A stretch of 64,000 bases of DNA from Vicugna vicugna. Its lineage: Eukaryota. Positions 51,327 through 63,744 of the stretch are shown here, piece by piece. Both the position numbers and the translations under genes were made by a program. The DNA lies in the NCBI GenBank assembly GCA_013265495.1, contig MU058781.1:9219009-9283008 (forward strand), given 5' to 3'. The notes below the pieces were generated by a model. That model ran no database searches and had not been told where the DNA came from. It saw only the letters and a list, made by a program, of their open reading frames with translations. Position 1 is the stretch's first letter; every line of letters starts with the position of its first letter.

Positions 51327-51699
51327 AGCCATAGCTCTTTTGAATAAAGTTGTTTGGTAAAATATACTAAAGTGTAGGCTCTAACTGAAGGTTAGAAACT
51401 CAATACAAAACTTGATTTTTTCCCTGTTATGTAGAGTAAAGGTTACTAGCCTTTAAAAGCTGATCATAAATGCAGTCTATTTCAGAAAAATATATAGCAG
51501 TGCAAGTTGCTTGTTGTGTATTAATGTCGGGCTTCTTCTAGCATCTAGATGTGCTTGCAAAATGCTCCTCAAGTATCACTGGCTTCTTATCCCATTTCCT
51601 TCGAATAACAAGTCTGGCTGCATCCCTCTCTCCCTGTCGCCTCTCTCACTTCAGGAATGAAATCTAAGAGATCAGAGAGAAAAGTAAAAAAGTGTATAT

Positions 51700-51900
51700 A
51701 TGTGGCGTGGGGGGCAGAGCTTTGAGCCAGGAGATCGAAGACACTGGGCAAATCACTTAGCTTCTCCACCTCAGTCTTATTCATTTTAAACTGGGAATGA
51801 ATACATTTTGTGAGTCATGCACACAAATGCATAATGCATGTAAATGTGCTTTAAAAAAGCTGGAAGTGCTATTTTAAAATACAAGCACTAATGTAATAGC
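51700..51900 (+). mobile_element. MIR SINE
   Basis: ctgggcaaatcacttagcttctccacctcagtcttattcattttaaactggga. Confidence 0.7.
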
Positions 51901-53449
51901 AGTCTTGAAATGTTGGAGTCATTCTAGAACTCAAACATGATCTGCTTATACACCATGGCTCACTCTCCGTCCCCAGCCCTCAGTGCTCCTAGACTCTGCC
52001 TCTCCATCCTGCCTTTGGCAATTTCTTGTTCTGATCATGCTTTGCAAATGGTCGAGAAAAAGGTGCAAAATCCAAAGCTCACAGAAAACTTGTTCTTTAT
52101 ATCTTAACAGGAGATTAAGTTAATTACTGTTTCACTTCTACGTTTAGGAAGTTTTAGGACTTTTCCTTGAAGGACATTGCTTGCTACAGTCCACTGGATA
52201 CAGAAGTAGTGTAAGAGATAAAATTGAAGAATTAGAACTTTTGAACACCCACCAGTATTCCTGATATATTTGAGACGGTGAAGTTTAGAAATATATTACA
52301 TTATACATGCAATCGAAACATGTTTTTCCATACCTTTGTGAAATTATCTACTTACAAAGTGTTTTGCCAAGAGGACTCGGGTCTTGTCCATGGTCAGAGG
52401 ATGTGGTGCTGGCAGGGCCAATCCCAAGGTAGATGCAGACAATACACTTTCTTTTCTCAGATCCTCACGTCCCAATGCTTATTTCACTGATAATTCAAAA
52501 TGGAACCAGCCAGTTTTCACTGACTGTATCACTCAGCATACCACCATTTCCATAACAAGTTAAATAGTGTTAAAGGCATCAAAATTACTTCCGAAATAAA
52601 AAAGAGCTGACATAGTCAGCCTTCTTATGTTAAGAATAATATGAGAAAACCAACAGTGAGCCAATAAAATCATACAGAGTTTAGGTTCACATTTTCAAGG
52701 TGAATTAAAAGTCGTATCAATTTAGTAGAACATGCTTGTGAAAGCTAACTTTGTAACAGACTTATGCATGCTTTCTGGACACAAATCAGATAAATGAGGA
52801 GCCCTTAAGATACAAGCATCCGACAAGCATCTGCTTGGTCCACTGCTTCGGCTTCTAAAGACGGCTGCCACCGAGGAGGGACTTATATTTTGCAACTGCT
52901 GGTGATGTTCAGCATAGTTGGAAACCGAGGAAGGTGTGAACGGGAGGTAAGGGGGCAGAGACAGCATGTGTTAAATATTCTTTTAAGAAGTATGGTTAAC
53001 AAGGACTTACTAGAAGGAGTAGTTAAAAAGGTACATATTTCTATACATGAGGTTTGGGGGGGTTATTTATTTAGGACAAAAATTTTTTAAATAAATTCAC
53101 TGGTGGAGGAAAAGTTAATTAGTAAAAAGCAATAAGTTGGAGATATGTGAGATAGAAGGGTCAACTGATGGAGGTCCAGAGAGACGTGGGATGGGGCCAA
53201 GGGCAAGGGGGAGGAGTTGGCCTTGAGCATCCTTTCCATCCTCCAAAATTGAAGCAAAGGTGATATGGGTGTACAAAGGACTACTGGTTCCTGTCTGAAT
53301 GTGGTTTCTAGAATTTAGACCAACACTGCAAATAGGTTCTGATCAGACAAGACAGAGACTCTTCTCTTCCTAGACATAGATATTGTGATACAGTTAATGC
53401 AGCCCAAGACTGAATTAGCTTCTTTAGATATCACTTTTCCTCAGAAAAT

Positions 53450-53573
53450 AGTATAAACAGAGGTCGTTAACAAGGGCCCTGGCCTTAGGTTCAAATCCCA
53501 GCCTAGCCACTTACTAGCTAAAGGACTTCGGTCAAGTAACTTATAATTCTCCATTTTCTCAAAAGTAAAATAG

Positions 53574-53604
<31 letters not shown>

Positions 53605-53710
53605 AATATAATAATTTAAAAATCTATCTCAGAGAATTACTATGAGAATTAAATGAGATGTCATAGTAAGCAGTTAAGAAATGTAAACTAGTATGTTGAT
53701 TGCTGTTACT
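53450..53710 (+). mobile_element. MIR SINE with internal (GAT)n expansion at ~53575-53603
   Basis: ggttcaaatcccagcctagccacttactagct...gtaaaatagggatgatgat...gagaattaaatgagat. Confidence 0.85.
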
Positions 53711-53939
53711 ACTCTCTCGTGGTAAATTTAAATTAATAGAGATTTTTACAAGGTGTGATTAAGAAACATTTCCCCCATTCTTCCTGTGTACAGTTGCTTC
53801 TTTTAGACTCAAGGGTGAGGCTTTAAGGCTATTGAATTCTGCACATCAGATTCATCTTATTCCCTTCTCCTGAGAGCCTTCTGAGGACCACTCAGTATAT
53901 TTACCATCATTCCCAGATCTGTGACCCTCATGAGAATTC

Positions 53940-54534
53940 TGGCATCCACTGCTGTTCCATCCCCAATATCCATTTTCACCTTCTTCTTTACTAACAGATG
54001 CTTGATTTGGTTAAATTGTAGCAATGGGCTCAATTACAGTATATTCGATCCCTGAGCAACGTGGGTGTGCAGTGCACGCAGTTACACGCTGATTTTTCTC
54101 AGCTGTAAATACACCAATGCCACATGACTTGCAGCTGGCTGAAGCCATGGGTGTGGGAGCGCAGATGTGGAAGGCGGACTATAAAGTTACACTCAGATCT
54201 TCAACTGTTCAACAGTCAACTGTCCTCTGTGTCCCAGCATCACCTGCAGCTGGGGGTGGTCATGGGATACTGTTCTGGCCAATGAGGTTAAGATCAGAAG
54301 TCACTGGGTAGGCTGCCAGGTGAGGCCAGATCCATGAGGATGAAAGCCAGATTCTAAGAAAGACAAAGAGGAAAGAAAAGTAGCCTGGGCATGATGCCAC
54401 TGTGTCACAGCTGGGACGGCCCTCACTCTGCATCCCCGGAGTCCACGACTTGTTACCAACACCACCCCTCTTTAGGCAAGCCTCTGTCATCAGGGTTCTG
54501 TGACATTTAGCAAGTGCAACTTCTGTGGGCTACA
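53940..54534 (+). mobile_element. MaLR LTR (MLT1J-like) interrupted by a Tigger2-type MITE
   Basis: cccagcatcacctgcagctgggggtggtcatgggatactgttctggccaatgagg...cagaagtcactggg. Confidence 0.75.
54037..54222 (+). mobile_element. Tigger2-type MITE (degraded)
   Basis: Left end gatccctgagcaacgtgggtg; right end tgttcaacagtcaactg; Tigger2a/MER8-like interior. Confidence 0.7.
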
Positions 54535-57500
54535 GATGCCATCTGCAGTCTCATCTAAATGTTTGGTTGGAGGGGGAGGGAAGGAACCTACACAGAGCAG
54601 AGCTAAAAATGTCAACAGGTAACTGTTTCACCTGTGCTAGGCGAGTCTCCATTATGAGAGCGTATAGATGATGTCTTACTTCCTTTGTGTTTGACATGGT
54701 GCCTAGCTTTCTCACGGATGGGCGGTGTGGATTTGGTATAAATCCATCAAACTAAAGGGAGTTTTGCAATGATCAGTTTCTCATGGTACAGATAAGGAAA
54801 CCGAGGCTCAGGTGCCTTGTTCCCAACTCGGGCTTCCAGCAAGTCTTGAGGTCCACAGTCACTCTGAGAGTCTTAGCCAGTATTCACCTCACTGCACCAC
54901 GTAGTCTGAATAACTCATGCAAAACCTCCTTTCATCTGACACCCTCTCTCTTCAAGATCTCATTTTACTGTACCCAGAATTATATTATTAACCTTTTCAA
55001 TATCCTTGGGCATTAACAAGGAATTAAAGACAATTTTTGTTTTCCCGGTGAATATGCTTTGGCTCTGAGACCTGAGTGTCCTGTCCACAATCACAAGGAA
55101 CCAGTGGCGGGAAGAAAAGCACACTTAAAGGCTTTTGCAACTACAGGAGCCATGGTGCCCAAAAGGAAACAGACTGATAAAGGGTCTCAAATCTCCATTT
55201 GGACTTGATTGCCTGGTCCTCACTCCCACTGTTGGGGTCTCAGTGAAAATAACTTTTCCTCAATAGTGACTGTCACTCTTTCTAAGTGCAAAAATCATTG
55301 GTAAGTGTCTCTTACTACCCCAAAGTGGGACAACACTGGCACAAACATTCCCTTGATATTTAATAACTCCCTCACTCCCTCCAACTGCTGCAGCTGCTGC
55401 AGGACAGACACAGGCAGAGATTAGATACGCGCTTGCACCTGGCCAGCTATAAACTGTTTCTTAGTTGCATAAGGTTAACAGGCCCAATTCCCTTCTCTCC
55501 TCAGACCCAGGATGTGGAAACATGAAAGAGAGCTGTAATTATTTATAAACAATAAAAACTTCTGTGGAGTGTAGAAAAGGCATGGATTTATTTGCCGACT
55601 CAAGAGTGGAAGCAGACGTGTCCCGGGTTGCAGGCAACTTTGGTCTTGTGCTTACAGACGCCTCCTCCTTGCCTAGTCCTTTCTATTCAAATGTTGGACG
55701 TTTTGAGGTTCTGTTTCTCCCGGAGGGGTGGGAGTGAACTCAGTGTGATTGTGTGTTCCGTCTGCTGGTTTTTAATCCTACCCTTCAACAGGTAGGACCT
55801 TTTCGCTCTGTAACTTGGCCTTGGTACTTCCTGGTACATCGGCGTCCGGCTGGCCTCCGCTCTGGCCACTCCAGTTTTCCTGACCCAGCATCCAACCTGG
55901 GGTGGGAGAAGTGTAGCTCAGCCTGGGAAAAAGGGTGCAGTTGGGTGCCTTTCACGGAGTCCTCTCCTTAGTTACGATTCAGTGCATCCTGGCTGGCTGA
56001 AAGCGTGATTAAAATGACTTGATCGACCTCCACAGCCAGCTGTCATCTGCTTAACCGCAATGTGGTAATTTGAGAGCATTGAAAAAAAAAGACTCCACGT
56101 TAGCAGATCATTTGAATGTGCTCCTTCCCTCCCGCCCCCGCCCCCCAAATCCCAATGCCCTACGCTTTTGTTGCCAGTGTGTTACATGAGCAAGATTCAT
56201 TCTTAGACGTGAATAATTCCTTTGACCGTATGCAATTCAGAGGTACACAAGGAACTTCAGTTCAGACAGAAACTTGCTGTATTTGTGGCCCTTTCCACTC
56301 CTTTTTTTCTAGTAGTTTCCAAACGTTTCAAGTATGAGAGCCCATGTGTCACCTAAGAATAGTTTTGTTTTAGTCCTTGTTGGTTGACAATATCAGAGCT
56401 ACCACGAGATCAGCGTATTTTGTCTGTATTAATTATTACAACAGCAACTTACACATGAAAAATGGTAGTCATATAGCCCAATGCATTATTTATTCTGTGC
56501 TTCATAGTACTTGGTATAAATATAGATTCCAGGACTCCTTAAAGTAACTCCAAGGGTTCTCAAGGGTTCAGGGCCCAAATTACAAATATAGCCACTCTTC
56601 AAAAAAAGGAATGACTCTTGCAGAAAGAATTCAGAGGGAGGGCTGTTAACATCATCTTGCAAAATCCTTGCAGAATAAGATCCTTGGTACACCAAGTTCC
56701 ACGGGATCAAAGCAGAGAAAGCCAGGAGGAGAGCTTCTGCGTTTCCAGCAATAACTTAAGGTGTGATGCTTCTGCCATTCAGCTGATCTGCAGATACTGT
56801 ATTTTTTTTTAATGGACCAGTGTAATTAGATAAAATTCCTAATCAGCTCAAATAGTTTTATCTTCTTAAAGTGCATAACCCTTAACCAGTACAGTCACCG
56901 TACATTAGCAATAGTAAACTACACTTGAAAATCCCTATTGAGTGAAACTAAATTAAGTAAAATATGAAGTACATGGTGCACAATCTGATTTAATTTTGAT
57001 ATGAGATTAACAAATACTGATCTATTATGTATTATCTAAAATCGTGTTCTCTCTACTCAGATCTGTAAAATAATATTCAGGTAATTGGATATGTATTAAA
57101 AGTTATTTCTAGCTTCATTTTCCCCTTTGGATTTGGTGCAAGCAATGGTTTCTAAAAGATTCTCCAATTCATACCTTAAAACACAAAGCAGAATGCTAGT
57201 GTGAGTTCTAGTCCTTTCTCCTCTAAGAAGTGTGGAGAAAAATACATTGTATCCCATTTTTCAGTAATCCCTGACAGTTCAGATTATCTCCTGGGAGTCT
57301 GCTCTTCCTGATGGAATTACATTCAGTCTGTAATCTGAAAACCTGATGTTTTCACTGGGGGAGAAGACATGAAAAGAGCAGCCTGGCACCTAAAACTCTC
57401 TCTTCCCAAGATAATCCTTTCCAGACAGCAAACAGCAGAAAGAGCACAGATAAACTTCACATGGGCGGCTCGAAGCCTGCGTATCCCTAGGAGGAAAACT

Positions 57501-59964
57501 TCCAGACTTCCCCGCGTGCCTAGTTACAAAAATGGTATGACCCGTGGCAAGAAAAGATACACATTCCCATGCAGAGTTTAGACGAGTCAAATAGTGACCC
57601 CTACCCAGCAGCCAGGGGCCCTGATAACCTCTCCTAGCTGGGCTGCCCAGAAAGATCTTTGAAAGCCAAAGGGCAGAATACTGACATAAACTCCACTGCC
57701 CTGACAATACGCAGTTAGCCTGCCAACATCTTATGGCTACACACCTTTGCAGACCTTCCAATAGGCCAAAAATCAAAGGCTTTTACTCTCAGTCCTGTTC
57801 TGAGCACAGGGTTGCATTCTTCACATAATGTAACACCTTCCTTCACCCCCAAGACTTCAACTCCCTCTCCCTGAGCCCACCACTGAGCCCACTCTTCCTG
57901 GATTTGCATCCAGGTGCAAATTCATCCATGTGGTGGGAATCCTTCATCCAGATGCAAATAATTTTGCAAGATCAAAATTCTTTTGCTAGGGACTGTCAGG
58001 GCTGGCCTCTAAGAAAATTTGCATTTTGACTAGTGATGTAGGCACAGCCATGGGCTATAGAAATGAAGGGACAAAGAGATCATTACAAAATCAAATTAAC
58101 AAACAAATGAGACACAAATATACTCTATTAACTGTCTACATTTTTTTGAAACAGGAAGAGACTTGGATTTAGAATGCTGAAATGCACCCAACTGAAAAGG
58201 GGCAAAAAGAATTTTAATGAATTACAACGCAACTTGAGATGCAGACTGGATAATTAGAGCCTCCATTATTGTAACTCAGTGGAGAGCTGGCGTGATTTAG
58301 TCCCCTTCCGATGATTTGTTAGAGAAAACGACTGTATTTCAAAGTAAGAGTTCTATATTGCTTGTGGTTTAAGACAGCTAAGTTATAAAGAATATTCAAA
58401 TGAGTATTGGAAACACTAATAACATTTCCAAAAAAAATATTTTTCAATAGCTCGCTAATATAACCTTTAAAGACAATATTTTTTATAAGAAACGAAACCA
58501 GAAAATTTTCCCAAATTTACTTCGAAGAAGTCACGTCTCATTTGTTCTTTATAGCATCCTCGTTAAACCAAATATATTGACACTGAGAAACTGAGATACC
58601 TAGAGTCAGTGATGTGGATTAAGTGTGAGGGCAATAAAAATGACTGATGGGAAAAGTACCACCTACACCAGCAATTTGTGAGATGGAACTGGAAGTACCT
58701 TGACGATTGAGGAGATCTACAGTGAAGACACAAACTTGGACAATGGCCAATGTCATACACCTTTGAGCCCCGTGGTTGACCTGGAGGCCCCTCCCCACCA
58801 GACACACAGATTCACATTCTCAAGAGCTTTGTGGGTACACACTGGCCCTGCGCAGGCCTGAGCCACCTCTGCATACAAGCTAGAAGGGAGTCAAGGCTCA
58901 CCTGGTGGCGGATCTCCTGACTTGGATACACAGAACACAGTAAGCTCAGCCTTAGCAACCATGGGGAAGGAACGACACCAAGTGCATTTTCTCGAGTGTG
59001 GTTAAAGCTGTTCATGGACAATGATTATAACTGCTAATGTATTATTCTCATATGATTCTGAAGAAGACTGAACGTTTCTTTAGAGCAGGAAAAGTCTCTC
59101 TGCTGCTGCTCCTGCCAGACCCCTACCCCAACCCAGCGGCTGACATTGGACTGGTGAACCACTGGCCATTGTAGGAACCCTAGGCCAGATCAGCTGAGGG
59201 CGTCTATTAGGAATCATTTAATGTAATGACCGGCACAAAATAACCACATAGTGGTCTCTCTTCCTCTCTCTTCCCAGCTTCCCTTTCTGTCTCTCTGAAA
59301 CCAGAGCAGAAGTGTGTGTGCATGCACACTTGAGTGAAGGTCCTATTCACATCTAACTGCAATTGTGTAACTCTTCCGTGTCACAAAAGGCCTAAAAGGT
59401 GTACCTTTATTAAAAGAAAGAAAAAACTGACCCCATCCCTACCTCCTTAACCCATCTCCATTCTACCAGGAAAACTTCCATTCCTTGATGCCACAGGGAG
59501 GTAACAGTTACATTTTTACAAAGTGTGCTTTCTTAACGCTTCCTTTAAAGAACATGTACTTAATATTTTCCCATTCAATCCCTCCCCAGAGTCAATATTG
59601 GACTCGAAATTCAACTATATTCCCAGGTCTAATAGCTGTTGTATAAGGTAGTCTGTTTAGGAAGTGCAAACTCAATGTCAGGCATCTATTAAGTATTCAG
59701 TGAAAGTTCTTTGCCTTTCTACCCCTTATCCTTAAAGCTAACTGAAGGTTAGATGTAGCTTATCCCCTGTGCCGTTTACTCCACTGAAAAAGCTCATAGT
59801 CTTTACAAACCATTTGAATGTTAAGCCTCTTTATTTTCTGCATGATTTTAAGCTTATTCAGAGTTCATTGTACATAACGTTATTTCTTTCCTTCAGCCTA
59901 TGGTTCATTCAATAGACATTCATGCGGTACCTTTTACGAACAGGACCATAGAGAGACAGAGAGG

Positions 59965-60180
59965 TGATGTAATGCTGTGGTTAACAGAGCAGGCTGGTTG
60001 AGGGTGGACTCAGGAACAGCCTCAACCAAGTTACTGACATGCTGTTCCTCAGTCTCCTCATCTGTAAATTGGGGCTAATCATAGTATTTGCCTCATAGAG
60101 TTGTTGTAAGGAATAAATGGGGCAGATCATGTGAAGTGCTCAGAACAGTGGTAAGCATTTGTTAGGTGATAACTGTTTTT
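59965..60180 (+). mobile_element. MIR SINE
   Basis: cctcagtctcctcatctgtaaattgggg...cctcatagagttgttgtaaggaataaatg. Confidence 0.85.
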
Positions 60181-60199
60181 ATGTATCTAGGAACTAGTG

Positions 60200-60367
60200 C
60201 ACGGACTCTTAGTCAGGGGTCCATGAACTCCTAGGGTCCACAGATGGATTTAGAGTGTCCCAGAACTCCCTGAAATTATTTGCAAAATTTAAACTACTTT
60301 GTGTAGAGAGTAAGTTTACATCAGATTCTCAAAGGAGCGTGTGAAGCAAAAAGGGGAGGACCCACTA
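60200..60367. mobile_element. hAT-Charlie MITE nested in L2
   Basis: ggggtccatgaac...catcagattctcaaagg.... Flanking aactagtg/aactaggg resembles the CTAG-centred Charlie TSD. Confidence 0.65.
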
Positions 60368-62142
60368 AACTAGGGCTGTAGAGAGACAAGCCAAATCTTC
60401 CTTTAACAGAGGAGGTGGACAGTTAGTGACAATAAATATGACAGCAGTTATGGAGAAGTGGTCCAAGGGGCAATGCACACAAAGAAGAGGCACCTGAGGT
60501 CAGCGATGCCACAAAGCTTCCTAGAGTAGGTGGCATTTCAGAGAAGTCCTGAGTATGCACAGAGATAGCCGGATGCCAAAGGGAGTAAGAGTGCCCCAGG
60601 GCCAGTGGCCATCACATGCGAATGTAGGAGCTAGTGTGGTCTATTTGAGAAAGAGCTGAGAGTCACGTGTGAGTGGGCCAAGAAGAAACTATACCAGAAG
60701 TAAGGAAGATAGGAGGCTAAGGCATTAGCCACAAGGTGAAGCACTCAGCATCCCAACGAAGGCAGTGGTCTTGGGTGGGGGACAGTAGGTAAGCTTGGCT
60801 CCTTTCTCATGCATCGGGAGCTCGTGGGCCTGCCAATTAATAATTGCAAATATGTACTGAGATGAGGCCTCTAGCGTATACCTAAAGCATATTATTCCTA
60901 CCAACCAAGACTACCAGCTGTGGTTACTGATTTTAATGACAGGATTAAGAAAATCTATTGAGGGAAAAAAGGGCAAATTTGATGGCTAACTTATTTATGA
61001 AAAGGCATTTCCAATTCCATTTAAATTTGTTTCTACAATCTCGTTAGAATGACCTAAGCATTCCTTGTGCAGGCAACATAAAAGGTATCTGATCATTTCA
61101 GTGCTGGTGATGAGTTTTACATATTCTGTAGCTAAACAGAATTGATTCGGTAGCTTCCTAATGATCTGCCCTGAGGAGTTGTTATTCCTGATGGCAATTA
61201 ATCAAAATTAAAACAGACCGCATAGAATGAAGAAAATTCAAACCTCCGGCCTCAGAACACCTGCACGTTAAGATTAATCATGCGCCCTGCTTGAATGTGA
61301 CAGGTATATCGATATTATAGAGAAAAGAGAAGGGTAACATTTTCCATCAGAGTTCCAAGTGTATTTCCAAGGAGCAAAGGTTCTAAACCTGAGTCTATGT
61401 CAAATAAAACCACACAAAATCCATAGTTGTCCACTGCATTAAAATTAGAATTATTTTCTTCCAAAAGGCTTAGACATTTGTGTCAATTTGCATTAAAAAA
61501 CATAAAGTGTAGAGAGTGGTGGCAAAATGGAGGAATTCCACTGTCTTCCCCCTAAAGAACATCAATTTTGACATTCACTCACAAATGAGAGTGCCTTTGT
61601 GGAAGTCCAAGAGTCCAACAGAGAAGTTCCAACACACTGTTGGAGAAAAAAAATCCAAGATTGAACATATTGAAGAAGGTAAGAGGAACAATTTCACTTT
61701 ACCCGTCACCTTTCTTCCCCAAGGTGGTACAGCTCAGTGCTGAGAGAGAACTATGCCAGTGAGTGAGTGCCCACCTTCTCCAGCTGTAAGAAAGGGATGC
61801 AGATTCTACTAACTGCTATGCAGACTCCATCAGAAGCTCAACCACTAGTCACTGGGGATGTCTCATCTGTGGACCCCACCAATTGGCCCACAGGCACCCC
61901 CAACATTCTGTGCAGCTCACTCACACACATCACCACCACCACCTCCACGTGGTTGACTCCCTGTTTGTGCCCTCAAGGGCAACAAGTGCATGTCTTTGCA
62001 GACAGCTAGTGAGTAAGTGCAGAAAGGCAGCCCAACTCTACATGGTTGGGAGAAAGCATAAAAACTTGAACATTCAGCACTGCGCTAGGGAAGGCAAATG
62101 AAGACAGTCAGTAGAGACTGCAGGAGGTGAATGCTTCTTCAA

Positions 62143-63124
62143 ATGCAAAGATAGCAAAGTAAGACTTCAAGAAACATGAAAACACAAGGAAATATGACAC
62201 CACCAAATGAACACAATACTTTCCCAGTGACCAATTCTAAAGAAATGGAGATCTGCAATTTGCTTAATAAAGAACTGAAAATAGTTGTTTTCAGGAAGCT
62301 CAGTGAGCTACAAGAAAACAAAGGAAGACAATTCAATGAAATCAGGAAAACAATACATAAACAAAATGAGAAATTTAACCGAGACATAGAAATCATAAAA
62401 AAGAACTAAGCAGAAAGCCTGGAGTTGAAGAATATAACGGATGAAATGAACAATGCAATAAAGAGCATGACCAGCAGACTTGATTAAGCAGAACAAAGAA
62501 GCTGTGAAGTATATTCAGGTCATTTGAAATTATCTAGTCAGAGAAAGACAAGGAAAAGAGATTTAAAAAGAGTGAAGAAAGCCTATGTGAATTATGGAAT
62601 ATCATCCAGAAAAACAATCTACAAATTTCTGGAGTACCAGAAGGAGAATAGAGTGAGAAAGAGACAAAAAAATTAAAGAGATGATGGCTGAGTACTTCCC
62701 AGATTTGGGGAGAGATGTCAACATCCAAGTTGATGAAGCTCATAGGTCCTTAAAAAGATACTACTCAAAAAGATCTTCTCTAAGACAGGCTATAATAAAA
62801 TGGGCTAAAATCAAAGATAAAGAGTGTTTTTGAAACCAGCAAAGAGAAAAAAACTTCACATACAAGGGGATCCCCATAAGGCTATTAGCAGATTTCTTAG
62901 CAGAAGCCTTGCAGGTCAGAAGAGAGTGGGATAATATAGTCAGAGCACTGAATGAAAAAAAATTGCCAACCAAAAAGACTTTACCCAGTAAAACTGCCCT
63001 TCAGAAATGAAGGCGAGATAAAACTGTCCCAGACAAATAAAAGCTTATGGAGCTCATCACCACTAGACCTGCCTTATAAGAAACAGTGAAAGGACTTCTT
63101 CAAGCTGAAATGAAAGGGCACTAA
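62143..63124 (+). pseudogene. L1 ORF1p remnant (multiple stops/frameshifts)
   Basis: MKTQGNMTPPNEH...EMEICNLLNKELKIVVFRKLSELQEN coiled-coil start; later TYKGIPIRLLADFLAEALQVRREW motif. Confidence 0.9.
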
Positions 63125-63402
63125 TTAGTAATATGAAAAGATATAAAAATACAAGATGCATCGATAAAGGCAATATATAGTCAAATTCAGAGTACTCTAA
63201 TACTGTAGTATGGTGATGTGTTAATCAACTTCAATCTAAAGGTTAAAGGACAAAATATTAAAAATAACTATAGCTACAATAATTTGTGAATGGATACACG
63301 ATATAAAAAGGTATAAATCGTGATATCAAAAATATGAAATGAAGATCGAGATATCAAAAACATGAAATGAGGGTAGAGTTTTTGTATATGATCAAAGTTA
63401 CA

Positions 63403-63520
63403 GGAAGAGGGTGTAGCTCAGTGGTAGAGTGCATGCTTAGCATGCACAAGGTCATAGGTTCAATCCCCAGTATCTCCATCAAAAGTAAATAAGTAAACCT
63501 AATTACCTCCCCCCACAAAA
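63403..63520 (+). mobile_element. Camelid tRNA-Ala-derived SINE (Vic-1 type) nested in the L1 spacer
   Basis: gggtgtagctcagtggtagagtgcatgcttAGCatgcacaaggtcataggttcaatcccc. TSD tgatcaaagt at 63389-63398 and 63522-63531. Confidence 0.93.
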
Positions 63521-63744
63521 CTGATCAAAGTACGTTATCAGCTTAAAACAGAATGTTATGACTATAAGATTTTATGTAAGTTTCATAGTAACAACAAAGC
63601 AAAAACCTACAATAGACACACAGAGATAAAGAGGAAGGAATTGAAGCATACCATTATGGAAAATCATCAGTTCACAAAGCAAGGCAGCAAGAGAGAAAGG
63701 AAGGAACAAAGGAGCTACTAAACAGCCAGAAAACAATTAGCAAC

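Noticed and set aside
63405..63478. tRNA-Ala(AGC) gene
   Set aside because: It has mismatched stems, a SINE-specific tail and a TSD, and three more diverged copies occur in the window, so it is a SINE.
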